A DNA stretch of 64,000 bases, from contig OX597814.1 of NCBI GenBank assembly GCA_951406725.2, positions 29,636,001-29,700,000 on the forward strand, written 5' to 3'. Made by a program: the position numbers and the translations under genes. Shown here piece by piece: positions 26,426-39,067 of the stretch. The stretch comes from Octopus vulgaris (lineage: Eukaryota). Position 1 is the stretch's first letter. Each line of letters begins with the position of its first letter. Below the pieces are notes generated by a model, which saw only the letters and a program-made list of their open reading frames with translations, was not told the origin of the DNA and ran no database searches.

Positions 26426-26557
26426 ATTACATCTTACAGCTGTTTCGGCCATGTATGTCTCATTTTACCAATATTAGCCCTTTATGGTAGGTCAATATAT
26501 AGATATAAATGAGACATTTACAAAAATATCATAAGGCCTCTTCGGAGATTATGTAAT
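26426..26557 (-). ncRNA. Type I hammerhead-like motif with a long stem II insert (core CCGAAGA)
   Basis: Minus strand reads atct-CCGAAGA-ggcc...about 85 nt...ggcc-GAAAC-agct-GTA-agat. The insert holds the hairpin tgtctcattt/aaatgagaca. Confidence 0.6.
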
Positions 26558-27657
26558 ATAAATCAGTCTACATATATACCCACATGGGTGTGGGTGCATA
26601 CCCATAATACAACATATACATATACATATGAGTGTATATACTCACACTCTTATACATATAAAAATATACATATACATAATGATATAAATAAATAATATAA
26701 ATTAGTAAACATATATATGTGTTCCACATTCAATGTCTCAGTTTTTCGACTTAATATTGTGATAATAAACATACACAAATTAGTACCTAGATGCAAATAT
26801 ACATAGTCAATAGTAGATTATATTACTTCATACTAATTTCTAAAGTGTCATTAAAGTTAGCATCATTATCGTTGTCGTTACCATTATTATCATTCATAAT
26901 ATTATTAATAACGCTTACATTAGGATCCAGAGTGGTATATATGTATGTCCGGGTTCCAGTTAGTAATTTTCCTTATGACATAAATACACTATTGGATTTG
27001 AATTTAAAATTATCATTATCTTCCTCACGGTTGGTCAATTGAGAGCCGCCCGACCTCCACCACACCGTACAAGCAAAACATACACATCCACATCTAACCC
27101 TAAACCCACACATCCACATAGAAACTCACACACACATGAATACACCCCGACACATCTCTACACATTCACTAAATTGGAGAGTGCATGTCTGTCATCGCAT
27201 GGCTTATAGACAAATCAGTACAGGCAGTAGTGTCTAATACTAACACACACACTCACACGCACATCCGCATATACGCATAAATATTAAAACACTTTCCTAT
27301 ACTGTGTCAGGGAACTTTCGCACACACATATATATATTTAAATATATATCTGTGCACTCATACGTAAAAATAAAACCTGTATTTATATCCACCCATGAAT
27401 AAATATTCGCATATACATATATACATATCCAAGTACACACCTGCGTGCTCATATGTGTAATAAAAACATACATCCGTACATCCACTCACGATCATACCTA
27501 TATGTACAAAAACATACATACGTACACATACACATTTTCACACACCTACAGAAGTTACTATTAATTTAGAATAAGTTTATTAATTATAAATTAAATTAAT
27601 TATAGATTAGTAAGTGCCAAATTGTATATATATATATACAATATATAGTATTTGTAC

Positions 27658-27745
27658 GCGGCTGAAGAAGGCTATTGACATACAAATTACATCAATTATG
27701 CATTGATATAAACAGTCTAATAAAAGCCAGAAACATATGTACCGC
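27658..27745 (+). ncRNA. Type I hammerhead-like motif (core CTGAAGA)
   Basis: gcgg-CTGAAGA-aggct...agcca-GAAAC-atat-GTA-ccgc, with palindromic acatatgt in the stem III region. Confidence 0.65.
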
Positions 27746-27907
27746 TAAATCCTTTGCATCATGTTTTTATTTTGATAAATATACTCTATCACTTACACCA
27801 CTAATTGGCATATACAGGTGCTTACAATTATCAAGTATTCACCCTGAATTTTCTGTATATACATATATGTATATATGCATGTGTATATATATGTATATAT
27901 ATATGTA

Positions 27908-27943
<36 letters not shown>

Positions 27944-29184
27944 TACACATACATATATGTATGTATGTCTATATAAATGTATGTCCATCTTTTCAATGTG
28001 TACAAATAACAAGGAAAAAATAAATAGTTACCAGGGTAGCAAAAATTCACATAAGTACCAAAGATATTACAGCCTACTTATAAAGGTAGAAATTCCAGGG
28101 TTAAGTGAAATGTTTTTGAATAACATGGATAAATTAAGAAATGGAGTCAAATGCAAGTGTTATTCAAATCATTTATACTTCCAACATATGTTTCGACAAA
28201 AGCATTAAGATTATTCTGGAGGGAATAAAAATGATGTAAAACAATGCAATCATTTCTTAAGGAAAAAATAAGAAACAAAACACATCAATAAGCCATTTTA
28301 TATATACATTATCATCATCATCGTTTAACATCCGTTTTACATGCTGCCATGGGTTGGACGGTTCACCTGAGGTCTGGGAAGCCAGGAGGCTGCACCAGGC
28401 TCCAGTCTGATCAGGCAGTGTTTCTACAGCTGGATGCTCTTCCTAACACCAACCACTCCAAGAGTATAGTGGGAGCTTTGTAACGTGCCACCGGCACAGG
28501 GGCCAGAGGGGGCTGGCATTGACCATGATTGGATGGTGTTTTTATGTGTCACTGGCACAGAAGCCAGCCAAGGCGGCGCTGGCATCGGCCACATTCAGAT
28601 GGTGCTTTTTACATGCCACCAGCATGGGGGGAGGGGTGGGCATCAGCATATCAAAACATTAAACTAACTCACGAGTAAATTAAATATTTAAAAGCTACAA
28701 ACAAACCAACAGGAGTAGCTAGAAATAACAGTCAAAAGATTATTTAAAACAGACATTTATTAGTTAAAAAAATTCAAGAACAAAAGTTTGCAATACACAC
28801 TAGAATTTTATAAAATAAATTATCTTTCTCATATCTCTATCTCCACATAAATTCACAAAGATAAGAGTCAGCCATGCCCAGGTACCTTCAATTTGTTAAG
28901 TGTGACTCATCTGTTATGAAAACAAACAATTATAGAACAAGTGGTGGTTACACAACTTGTACGCATGTGCAGCATCTTTGTTTACTATAGAAACAGACTT
29001 CTTTGCCATGGTGATGTCTAAAATACTTGTTTCTGATTGGCTAAAATACCTAAATTTTGCAAATTTTAAAGGTTAATACCTTTTTAATTATGGATTTATA
29101 GGGAAAATAAATTCAATTTTCATAATTAGTATACAAAACTTAATCCATATACCAAATTTTAAAACAATTGGAACAAAATTGTAT

Positions 29185-29604
29185 AGGCGCAGGAGTGGCT
29201 GTGTGGTAAGTAGCTTGCTAACCAACCACATGGTTCTGGGTTCAGTCCCACTGCGTGGCACCTTGGGCAAGTGTCTTCTGCTATAGCCCCGGGCCGACCA
29301 ATGCCTTGTGAGTGGATTTGGTAGACGGAAACTGAAAGAAGCCCGTCTTATATGTATATATATATATATGTGTGTGCGTGTATGTTTGTGTGTCTGTGTT
29401 TGTCCCCCTAGCATTGCTTGACAACCGATGCTGGTGTGTTTACGTCCCCGTCACTTAGCGGTTCGGCAAAAGAGACCAATAGAATAAGTACTGGGCTTAC
29501 AAAAGAATAAGTCCCGGGGTCGATTTGCTCGATTAAAGGTGGTGCTCCAGCATGGCCGCAGTCAAATGACTGAAACAAGTAAAAGAGTAAAAGAGTAAAG
29601 AGAG
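29185..29604 (+). mobile_element. SINE family A, representative copy (about 410 bp, tRNA-like head, internal microsatellite, AGAGTAAA tail)
   Basis: A-box-like tggctgtgtggt and B-box-like ggttcagtccc. Other copies lie at about 5921-6290(-), 6551-7200(+), 30328-30712(-), 48817-49218(-), 49393-49937(-), 50806-51168(-), 53546-53950(-), 54286-54693(+), 56975-57336(-) and 60276-60665(-). Confidence 0.9.
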
Positions 29605-29764
29605 TGATGAAAACCACAAAGATCCCAAATCTATCCTAATCATGAGGCCTTTTTGTTGGAGAAGACATGGTCTGATATGGAATAAACAAAAATTTAAATA
29701 AGACAGTCTATTGTAAAAATTGCCTGGCAATGACGGGCTATTCAGTTAGTATATATATATATAT

Positions 29765-30240
29765 ATGATGGCTGCCCCCTCGTTATCGAGTATGGCCATT
29801 GCACGAAGCTTAACTGTTATTGGTGCTGTGATCGAACGTGACTTTTTAGCCCAGCTAAAGATCTACAAAGTCTTGTACAGAATTGGCAGCTAAAACCTTT
29901 ACCGGCAATAGCCGGCTGTAGTTGTAACTGGGCTTCATGTACCTTGGCATGTCATTTAAGTCCTCCTGCCGAATTACACTCTCTTCCACATGCCTGACAA
30001 ATATGATTAGTATGGTGTGTAACACCACCACCAGTGACCAGGTTGTCACTCATCTGTCTCGCTTTATGACTATGAAGATAACTCTTGAGTCCAGCTTCAC
30101 TGAGGCAGGCTCTTGCACAGACACTGCATGTCAGCATCATAGGAAGACCCTTCTCATCTGGAAGCGTAACAATGATGCCCTTCCTGACATCCCTCCTTAC
30201 TTTCCCATGCGCAACTCGAGATTTCCCAAAAGTAGCTGTC
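29765..30240 (-). mobile_element. LINE 3' fragment with two C-terminal Cys/His zinc-finger-like motifs (probably RTE-related)
   Basis: CSVCARACLSEAGLKSYLHSH and CQACGRECNSAGGLK, followed by a short 3' UTR ending at a microsatellite. Confidence 0.6.
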
Positions 30241-30254
30241 CCCTATATATACAT

Positions 30255-30295
<41 letters not shown>

Positions 30296-31031
30296 CATAC
30301 ACACACACACACATATATATATATATTCTTTCATTCTTTTACTTGTTTCAGTCATTTGACTCGGCCATGCTGGAGTGCTGCCTTAAAGGGTTTTAACTGA
30401 AGAAACCAACTCCAGGACATATTTTTTATAAGCCTAGTACTTACTCTTTTGCTGAACCGCTAAGCTACAGGGATGTAAACACACCAACATCAGTTGCCAA
30501 GTGATAGTGGGGAGACAAACATAGACACAAAGACAGAAATACACACACACACACACACACATGCAAAGGGCTTCTTTCAGTTTCTGTCTTCCAAGTCCAC
30601 TCACAATGCTTTGGTAAGCTTGAGGCTATAGTAGAAGACACTTACAGCAGGACTGAACCCAAAGCCATGTGGTTGTGAAGCAAGCTTCTTACCACACAGC
30701 AACACTTGCACCTATATATATATATCACGTGATCATGTGACCGACCAGGCTATCAGATGTTGCTACACATTGCTGGTCACAATGCGCTTCACATTGTTTT
30801 AGCCTTCAAATGACACCACCCCGCTGGCTAAGCGAGTAGGCCAACAGAAGAAAGAGTGAGAGAAAGTTGTGGCGAAAGAGTACAACAGGGATCACCACCA
30901 TCCCATGATGGAGCCTCGTGGAGCTTTAGGTGTTTTCGCTCAATAAACACTCACAGTGCTCGGTCTGGGAATCGAAACCGCGATTCTACAACTGCATGTC
31001 CGCTGCCCTAACCACTGGGCCATTGCGCCTC

Positions 31032-31068
<37 letters not shown>

Positions 31069-31306
31069 TTATCATCATCATCGTTTAACATCCGCTTTCC
31101 ATGCTGGCATGGGTTGGACGGTTTGACTGAGGTCTGGAAAGCCAGCAGCTGCACCAGTCTCCAATCTGACCTGATAATGTTTCTACAGCTGGATGCCCTT
31201 CCTAACGCCAACCACTCCAAGAGTGTAGTGGGTGCTTTTTATATGCCATCAATCACATTCGGATAGTGCTTTTAATGTGCCACCAGCACAGGAGCCAGTC
31301 GGAGGG

Positions 31307-31346
<40 letters not shown>

Positions 31347-31602
31347 GTAAACAAACAGTTTGCATTTTTTTTTCTCTAAGAAGCATTGAGATGTTTTGAA
31401 ATATACAGATATGGAAATATTTTATTCTTTAAGCTTAAAAGTAAAGCACTAAGACCGGTAATCACAGAGATATGAGTTTGAGTCTCATGACTGGCCGCTA
31501 ACACATTTTTCAGCAATATAAGGATGTTCTATCCAATTTATGCTATTCAGCATTATTATTATGCCTTTGAGAATAAAATATTTCCATATTTGTAGATATA
31601 TA

Positions 31603-32150
31603 TATACGAGCAAAATGCTCCCCCGTCCAATGGACGGTGCTGAGTTTAAACCAAATTTTCTCAAAACATCTTGTCCGACCGTCTCATAGGCCTCCCCTTC
31701 GAGAAACACTGATTTAACCTAAATTTGAGACACCAACAAAAGAAGAAATAAAGATAGACTTTTTTTCTATTCCAAAGAAAAACGATTTTATTCACACAAA
31801 TATGCAACCGAAAAGTTTAAAGTACCAGTAATGTTAAGGCTGTTGACTGGGAGAACACAAACATGGTTTAAACAGTAAGTTTAGCAGGAAAGAAACGTGC
31901 CTTTAAGCAGTACAAAAACAACAAAAAATGGAAGGTGCAGTTATGTACAGGTTGATGGAAGAAAAGCAGGACAAAAACGGCTTTATCGATTGCATTCTCA
32001 CCTGGAATCGATTTTTATAATTTTTTCAAGACTTATACACTCCCTGATACCGTCAGTATCTACATATCAAATTTGAGTGCAATTGGATGGAGGATGCCCA
32101 AGATCCGAGAAGACACACACACACACAGACAGAATGGATTTTATAGAAGA
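31603..32150 (+). mobile_element. Putative non-autonomous Helitron/Helentron-like (DINE-1/HINE-type) element
   Basis: 5' hairpin ccgtcc.at.ggacgg. The 3' block aaatttgagtgcaattgga...(CA)n gacaga..ttttata resembles HINE ends. Pattern recognition only. Confidence 0.45.
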
Positions 32151-32869
32151 GCTATACAATCTCAGTAGCTAAGCAATAGCACTGGAGTCAAAGGGTTAAA
32201 GGAGAGGTGGTCATTACAAAGTTAAGTAGCTGGGAAGCTTTGACAGGTGATACAGATCAGGTGTAAGCAGTGGGATGGGGCTAGACATTGACAATATGGT
32301 TTCAGGGCATCGTTTTTGTTGAGATGGACAGGACTTCTTGGACATAACGAATTACCAATCACCTCAATCCTTTGTTATTTCCTCCTTGAGGCTCAACAAA
32401 TTGACGCGAAACTTCACTACTTCCTCATACAACTTCTTGGAACTTTCTCTTTCATGAGTATCATCCATGTTTAATGACCATCACTTCTTTATGCAGCTGT
32501 CCTCAGTCAAATGCAGTACTAGTGCAGTTTTCTCTTTTGCACCAACATGTCACTTATGCCCAATTTTTCTCTCAAGAGATTTGTACTTTGTTGAACTACC
32601 TCTTTTTTCAGCAGAAGCAAAGATCCTGTTAAGGATTCAGCAGAAGCAAAGATCCTGGTAAGGATTCTGGTGTTATCTTCAGTTTCTTCAGTAAATACTG
32701 AAACTGAGAATTAATACTTTTGTGTGTTAATTGTTAAGTAGAAAGTAATCTCAATGGAGCTGCAAAAAATTTGCCCATTCCAATTTGTTTTGTGTACACT
32801 ACAGATATTAAGGTCATTACAGCATGGGTTTACTAGGTGGGGTTGGATTGTGTAGGGGGTAGGGTTACG

Positions 32870-35250
32870 AGGGAGGGTTGACAATGAAGGGTGAGGGGGA
32901 AGGGAGAAGGTGGGTAGGAGTGAAGAGAAGAGAGAGGGAGGATAGGAGTGAAGAGAAGAGAGAGGGAGGATAGGAGTGAAGAGAAGAAGTAGGAGTCGGA
33001 GCAAGAGAGGAGAGGTGGTGGGAGGAAGTAGGTGTGAGAGGAAGAGAGGAGAGGAAAGGAGAGTTGAGCCCATGTGGCGCAAAGGAGCGAAGAGAGAAGA
33101 TTAATCCCTGTTCACGGCAAAGATGGGTGTCTTGATAGCCCCTGTGCAAGGACAATCCGAGCACAGACAGGTGTTACAAAGAGTGACCCATAGAGCGGAA
33201 ATGGCATGAGACTGGGGTGTCATTGCTAAGTCAGATGTCTCGGAGGTGTTTCGCGAACCGGTCAGCCAAGCGGCGTCCCATTTGCCTGATGTTTATAGAA
33301 GGGAAGAGAGAGCAGGAGATGCAGTAGAAGACATTGCTAGAAGTGCAGAAGAAGGAACCAGTGATATGATAGGGTTGACGATGGGTGGTGTTGGAGAGGT
33401 AAAGACAAGTGCGGCAGCGTGGGTGGGAGCAGGGGAACGAGCCGGGTTGGGAGGTTGGGTTAGGGAAGAAGCTGTGGACCAAGAAGTCTCGTAGGTTGTG
33501 GGTTCGTTTGAAGGAGGAGGGGGGTCGGTTAGGGAAAATGTACAAAGTGGAGGGTTCAGACTGGAGTTGCCGGAAGGCTCGGAGAAAGGTGCACTGGAGA
33601 GGTAGGGTGGTGGGTGAGGGGAAACAGGAGACAGGGGCACAGGTGCAGGGGGTGTAGATAGTGGTGAGGAGATATCCACATAGGATGAAGTGTTGAGCCA
33701 TGAGTTGAGACTGAGTCTCAAAGTCATGGTCATCACTGCAGAGCCTGCGTAGACGGAGGAATTGGAAATAGGGGATGTAGAGCTTGGTGTGTTTAGGGTG
33801 GGAGAAGGAGATGTTGAGGTATGAGTGTGAGTCTGTGTGTTTATAGTGGATGGAGGTGGTGAGAGTAGAGTGATGAATGCTGAATGAAATGTCAAGAAAG
33901 GGGACAGAGGTGTCAGAGATAGTGCAAGAGAAGTGGAGGGCAGGATGAAAAGATTTGGCAAAAGAGAGGAAGGAGTCTAGATGTTCGCGGGAGAGTGAGG
34001 TCGTATCAATACAGTCATCAATATGACGACCACATAGTTTGAGAGTGGGACCAGAGAAACTTGAGAATATTTGGGCTTCAACGTAGCCAATGAACAAGTT
34101 CGCATAGTTGGGGCCCATTCTCGTTCCCATGGCCACTCCCAAGACTTGCTGGTAAAAATCACCAGTGAACAAGAAGCAGTTGAGTGAGAGCACAAGTTCA
34201 GCCAGACAAACGAGTGTGGATGTGTTAGGTTGAGGGTTGGGTTGAAGGTCAAGGAGTGCACACAGCCCCTCTTGATGAGGAATCACTGTGTAAAGAAGAC
34301 TCTGGATGTCGAGAGTGAAGAGAGGTTTAGAGGGGCCAGAAGGGAAGGAGAAAGAGTTGAACAAACGAAGTGCATGGTTGGTGTCATGGATGTGAGAGAG
34401 GAGAGAAGCCATTAGGAGGGCAAGGCCACAGTCAAGATATCTGGAGATGAGTTTGGTGGGGCAGTTGCAGGCGGAGGCGATGGGGCTGTTAGGTTTGTGG
34501 ATTTTGAGGAGGAAGTAAATTGTGGGGGTGTGATGGGTGTGGACAATGAGGTTGGAGGCTGTGAGGGGAGGCGGGAGGAGGAGATGAGGTCATGGGCAGT
34601 GGAGGACACAGTCTGTTGGTAGCTGGGCATGGGGTCGGAGGGCAGAGAGCAGTAGAAGGAGGTGTCATGAAGTTGGTGGAGAGCTTCCACCTTGTAGAGG
34701 TCCATGTGCCACACCACCATGGCTCCACCCTTGTCAGCCGGTTTTATGATGATGTCAGTGCAGTGTCGGCAACATCGATGGGCCGAGAGTTCGGCTGGGG
34801 AGATGTTCAGATGACAGAGACGCCTGGAAAAGTTAAACCAGTCCACAGCACACTGGCAGGCACCCGCAAAAAGACCAACCGCTTGGAACTGGCCAGGAGC
34901 TGGCGTCCACTGGGATGGTCAGCGAAGCAGTCCTCCTCATTAGATGCAGGTGGAGTGTTACAGAAAAGTGCACACAACCTAACATGGAGCACAAAGCTGT
35001 GGATATCAGCACGAGTCCGAAATTTGTTGCTGGATGGAGTGAGGGGGATGAAGCACAGACCCCTACTGAGGAGGGAGCACTCTGCCTCAGAGAGGGTGTG
35101 ATCAAGAATTTGTAACAACAGACTGAAGTGGAGAAGGGGTGGATGGGATAGAAGTAGGAGGGGTGGTGGGGATGGTGGAAGGCTGGGAGGGAGGGATGTT
35201 GTTGACAGTGACTTTGAAGTATCGGCCATCTAAGCCATCATCAGACTGCA
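32870..35250 (-). mobile_element. Decayed Penelope-like retroelement (RT plus GIY-YIG endonuclease)
   Basis: Frameshifted ORFs contain IIKPADKGGA, LDIQSLLYTVIP, YQQVLGVAMGTRMGPNYANLF, RHIDD, PFLDI, YKHTDSHSYL and a C-terminal NVFYCISC...RFAKH GIY-YIG-like segment. Confidence 0.9.
35205..35249 (-). ncRNA. Degenerate hammerhead at the 5' end of the Penelope-like element
   Basis: Minus strand reads gcagt-CTGATGA-tggct tagat ggcc-GATAC-ttcaaa-GTC-actgt. GAAA is mutated to GATA. Confidence 0.55.
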
Positions 35251-35844
35251 ATGCAGTGAAGTTAGTTTTGCCTGCACATAGTCTCTGCTGTGTTAAAAAT
35301 CATCTTTAGATGTGTAGGTTTGAGTTGGGTGGTAATGAAGTTTTTATAGAGAGATGGTTTGGAAAAATTTCTATTCTTTAAATTTACAATTATGCTATTG
35401 TTTAGAATTTGTTCATGCATGTTGAACTTTGTGAAAAAAACAAAGCTTGTATGCTCCGTTGTATGTGCAGTGTCAATATGCATGTATAACAAGGTATTGA
35501 GAAAAAATTGAGCATAAGAGACATTAGATGGTGTGCTGGTATGGTCATGTGATGCACAAGAATATGATAACTACATAAAAAAGTGCCACTTACTAAACGT
35601 GGACAAGGCATGTAGAAGAGGGGGACCCAGAATGAAGTAGCAAAGACTGACCTCAAGGTGTGGAATCTCGAAGAAGAGATGATAAAGGACCGAGATGATT
35701 GGCAACATACAGTGCTTCAGATGACCTGACCATCTCTACAAAAATGTGGTCCTGCCAAGCCTTCCCCTACAACTCATCTTCTAACAACCCATCCCTCCAT
35801 CATTCTTCCAACTATGGCACTACTCAGATGCTGTAAATGATACC

Positions 35845-36180
35845 TATTTCTTTACTACCCACAAGGGGTTGAACACAGAGTGGACAAACAAGGACAGACA
35901 GATGGATTAAGTCGATTATATCAACCCCAGTGCGTAACTGGTACTTATTTAATCGACCCCGAAAGGATGAAAGCAAGGTCGACCTCGGTAAAATTTGAAC
36001 TCAGAACGTAACGGCAGACGAAATACCGCTAAGCATTTTGCCCGGCGTGCTAACGTTTCTGCCAGCTCGCCGCCTTTCAAAGTCGACCTCGGCGGAATTT
36101 GAACTCAGAACATAACGGCAGACGAAATACGGCTACGCATTTCACCCGGCGTGCTAACGTTTCCGCCAGCTCACCGCCTT
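35845..36180 (-). mobile_element. SINE family E with a duplicated head
   Basis: 18-bp TSD gatgctgtaaatgatacc at 35827-35844 and 36181-36198. Confidence 0.9.
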
Positions 36181-36969
36181 GATGCTGTAAATGATACCAT
36201 TTATCCTCTTACACTTCACATCATCTTCCTATTACTGTCTCTTATCATTTTCTCCTCTTCCCTGGTCAACTCCTATTTCTTCACTTCCCTCCAAACGGAT
36301 ATTTACTATTGACCATGCTGCCATTCTTGTGCCCCATTCATTGCATCTACCTCAATCCACATCTCTAATCAATTGTCACACTCTTTTCACAATTTTGCAA
36401 ACTTACCTACCCACCCATCCTTTCTGTTCATCTATCCTTATTCTCTCTTTTATATTCACCTTGTACATTGAGGGTGTGCCCTCATCATCTCTCTCTCTTG
36501 CCAATTAAGGGAAGCCATGTATTCCCTCTTCTGCAAGACATCGGTTTCTGTCCTTCTATCATATTTTCTCCTCCCTCAATACCACATCCCCACCAACGTA
36601 GTTGAGCTGGAGTTGGGTGTGCTTGTCATGCAAGTTACTTGGTGACTTGACCTCCGCAGGCTATGTAAAAAGCATCCAGTACACTCTGTGAAGAGGTTGG
36701 CTTCAGGAAGGGCATCCAAGCGTAGATACCATGCCAAAGTAGACACTGGAGCTCAGCAAAGTCCTCAGGTTCATCGGTTCCTATCGAACCGTCTAATCCA
36801 AACCAGCATGGAAAGCGGACGCCAAATGTTGGTGCGATATATTAAACACATATACTTCAATTAGGTTGCTTTTATAAGCATAAAACACTGAACATTAACT
36901 GGAAATAGATTCGCTAAAAGTGTAGAGTCAGTTATTAATAGTAACTTTATCGACAGAGTCTAAAATTAA

Positions 36970-37110
36970 GCACACACACACATACACACGCACGCACGTA
37001 CATACGTACGCAAGCACGCACGCACGTACGTACGTACGCAAGCATGCACGTACGTACGTACGCAAGCATGCACGTACGTACGTACGCAAGCACGCACGTA
37101 CACGTCTACA
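36970..37110. repeat. Alternating purine-pyrimidine minisatellite (24-bp unit cacgtacgtacgtacgcaagcatg)
   Basis: About four copies seen directly. Confidence 0.9.
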
Positions 37111-37758
37111 CATGCGCTCAGATATGCGAGCCGCCACGAGGCTGGCTTGTCCTGCTAGGAATAACAAAAGCCATCCTCAAATCAATCGAAACGGTCTTAA
37201 AGAGGAATAACACATAAGACTTGTCCTAGTGGACGCGACAGCCATGTCTGACCCAGAGCTAAACAACAACCAAGACAGAAAGAGAAGTAAAAGTTGATAG
37301 AGATTGTACATATACGAGAGAGAGATAGAGATCCTAGTCTCAAAATTCATCTCTATCATAAATTTCTTTTTTAATATTGACATTTCTCCACAACAGCAGC
37401 ATGAGTTAGTTGGTGGGTCAGTAATCCTGTAATTCATCTTGTACGCAGGTTCGTCCCAGATCTTTCATCGAAAGTAGTGATGCGAGACCAATGCATTTAC
37501 TATCTCTGTTTGAAAAAAAAAGGGCGGGGGTGAGATCTGGACCGCAAATAATAACAATAATTCTAGCAGATCGGGCAACTTAACAGAGGTTCCGATTACT
37601 GCACTACACCACACGAAAAAACTACTGCTTGATTGCTAAAAAGGAAGTGTCTATGAGGTCCCTCAGTCCGCTAGAAATAGTAACAAAATCTCTCGATAAT
37701 CATACATTACTATCTTAAAAATGGGGACGACACATTGCATGATACTGTCCCGGATGCA

Positions 37759-37795
<37 letters not shown>

Positions 37796-38572
37796 AATTA
37801 TCGCCGATGGAGCGCCTTTGATCTGGAATCGATTCAATCAAGGCTGATCTGTGAATAAACAACGAAAGTGTGCGTGTGTGTATGTGTGTGTAGGCGGACG
37901 AAGCAATGGGTCTGTGCGCTAGACTCTCGACCGACGATCCTTATGCGATAGGTATGCTTGGTTCCACGTTCAAGTGACTATTTCATAGCTATTTCAGGTT
38001 AGGCAGGTAGTTGTATCAGTATCTTACTGGTATTTACTTTAACACCGGCACGTTTGGAATGCAGAACAGTAAGACATCTTGTATTATATAAACGTAAAGG
38101 AATAAAATAACCCTATATTGTCAAGGTAATCAGTACTGAAGGAAATTAAACCAAAATACAAGATATACTGAGGTTGAATGTGTTGAAAATAGAAACAGAC
38201 GGCTTGACAAGCAATAAAAATGGACAGACAGACAACAAACTAAAATAGTGAGTGAGATTTGCAGAAAGAAACGTATATGGGTGAACAAGAGACAGTCATC
38301 GCAAGACAGATATATTATTGTTTAGTCCTTAGAAAGTCTTGAATCAGGGCACCAATGATCCAAAGTATTGTAACCAAGCCATTTATCATTAGGATTATCC
38401 AGGACTATATTAATATCTAATGTGTCCTTTATTTATTTAAGATAGAAAGGTGTGACTTAAGAGAGATTTGGCTGAGGTTTCTAGCAGGCCGAGCGACTGA
38501 GCAGAGTTCCCTTGTTGGCTCCACAATTCATAAAAAAAAAATTGATAAATAAACTCTTGGAGAGACACACTA

Positions 38573-38578
38573 ATAGAC

Positions 38579-38646
<68 letters not shown>
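38573..38646. repeat. (AGAT)n microsatellite
   Basis: Seen directly. Confidence 0.95.
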
Positions 38647-38648
<2 letters not shown>

Positions 38649-38924
38649 AGATATATTATCAAAGCAGCAACAATAAAAAGGCGAACAAATGGATAAAGAA
38701 TTTTGGAAGATGGTAAGTTTTTAGAAATTGTTTTTCTAAGAGAAAACGTAAACAAACGTCGGGAAAGTTAGTTTTTCCTTTCTGGCACAAAACCGGCTTA
38801 ATAACGGTTAATATAATTAAGTCGAGGGTTCCCTTTAGAGGAACAAGATTTGAAGCAATAAGAGCATAATAATAAACGATCTCCAAGAGATATGTAAATA
38901 AATAAGAATAATTAGGTTACTTAC

Positions 38925-38951
38925 AGTACTTCGCTGTAATGATAGCAACAT
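38925..38951 (-). CDS. CRAT: CRAT-like gene, coding exon 1 (MLLSLQRST), putative start of a mitochondrial presequence
   Basis: Minus strand reads aaataaat ATG TTG CTA TCA TTA CAG CGA AGT ACT|gtaagt. The 27 nt end in phase 0 and join exon 2 in frame. The exon lies in a CpG-retaining region. A 9-codon first exon matches my recollection of vertebrate CRAT. Confidence 0.7.
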
Positions 38952-39058
38952 ATTTATTTCTTTTTTGGTGATTCCTTTATATACGTTTCTAGTTTCAAGT
39001 GGTTTCGTTATTCCAGGCTTTCGTTCGGTTTAATCAGCAATTTAAACTGTTCGAAGTC

Positions 39059-39067
39059 TGACCTTTG
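39059..39067 (-). promoter_or_regulatory. Nuclear-receptor-type half-site CAAAGGTCA about 110 nt upstream of the CRAT ATG
   Basis: tgacctttg on the plus strand. A short motif, so chance occurrence is possible. Confidence 0.3.

Noticed and set aside
32300-32700. Possible decayed retroelement coding fragment on the minus strand (LYEEVVKFRVNL)
   Set aside because: Too many stops and too short a motif to classify without a search.
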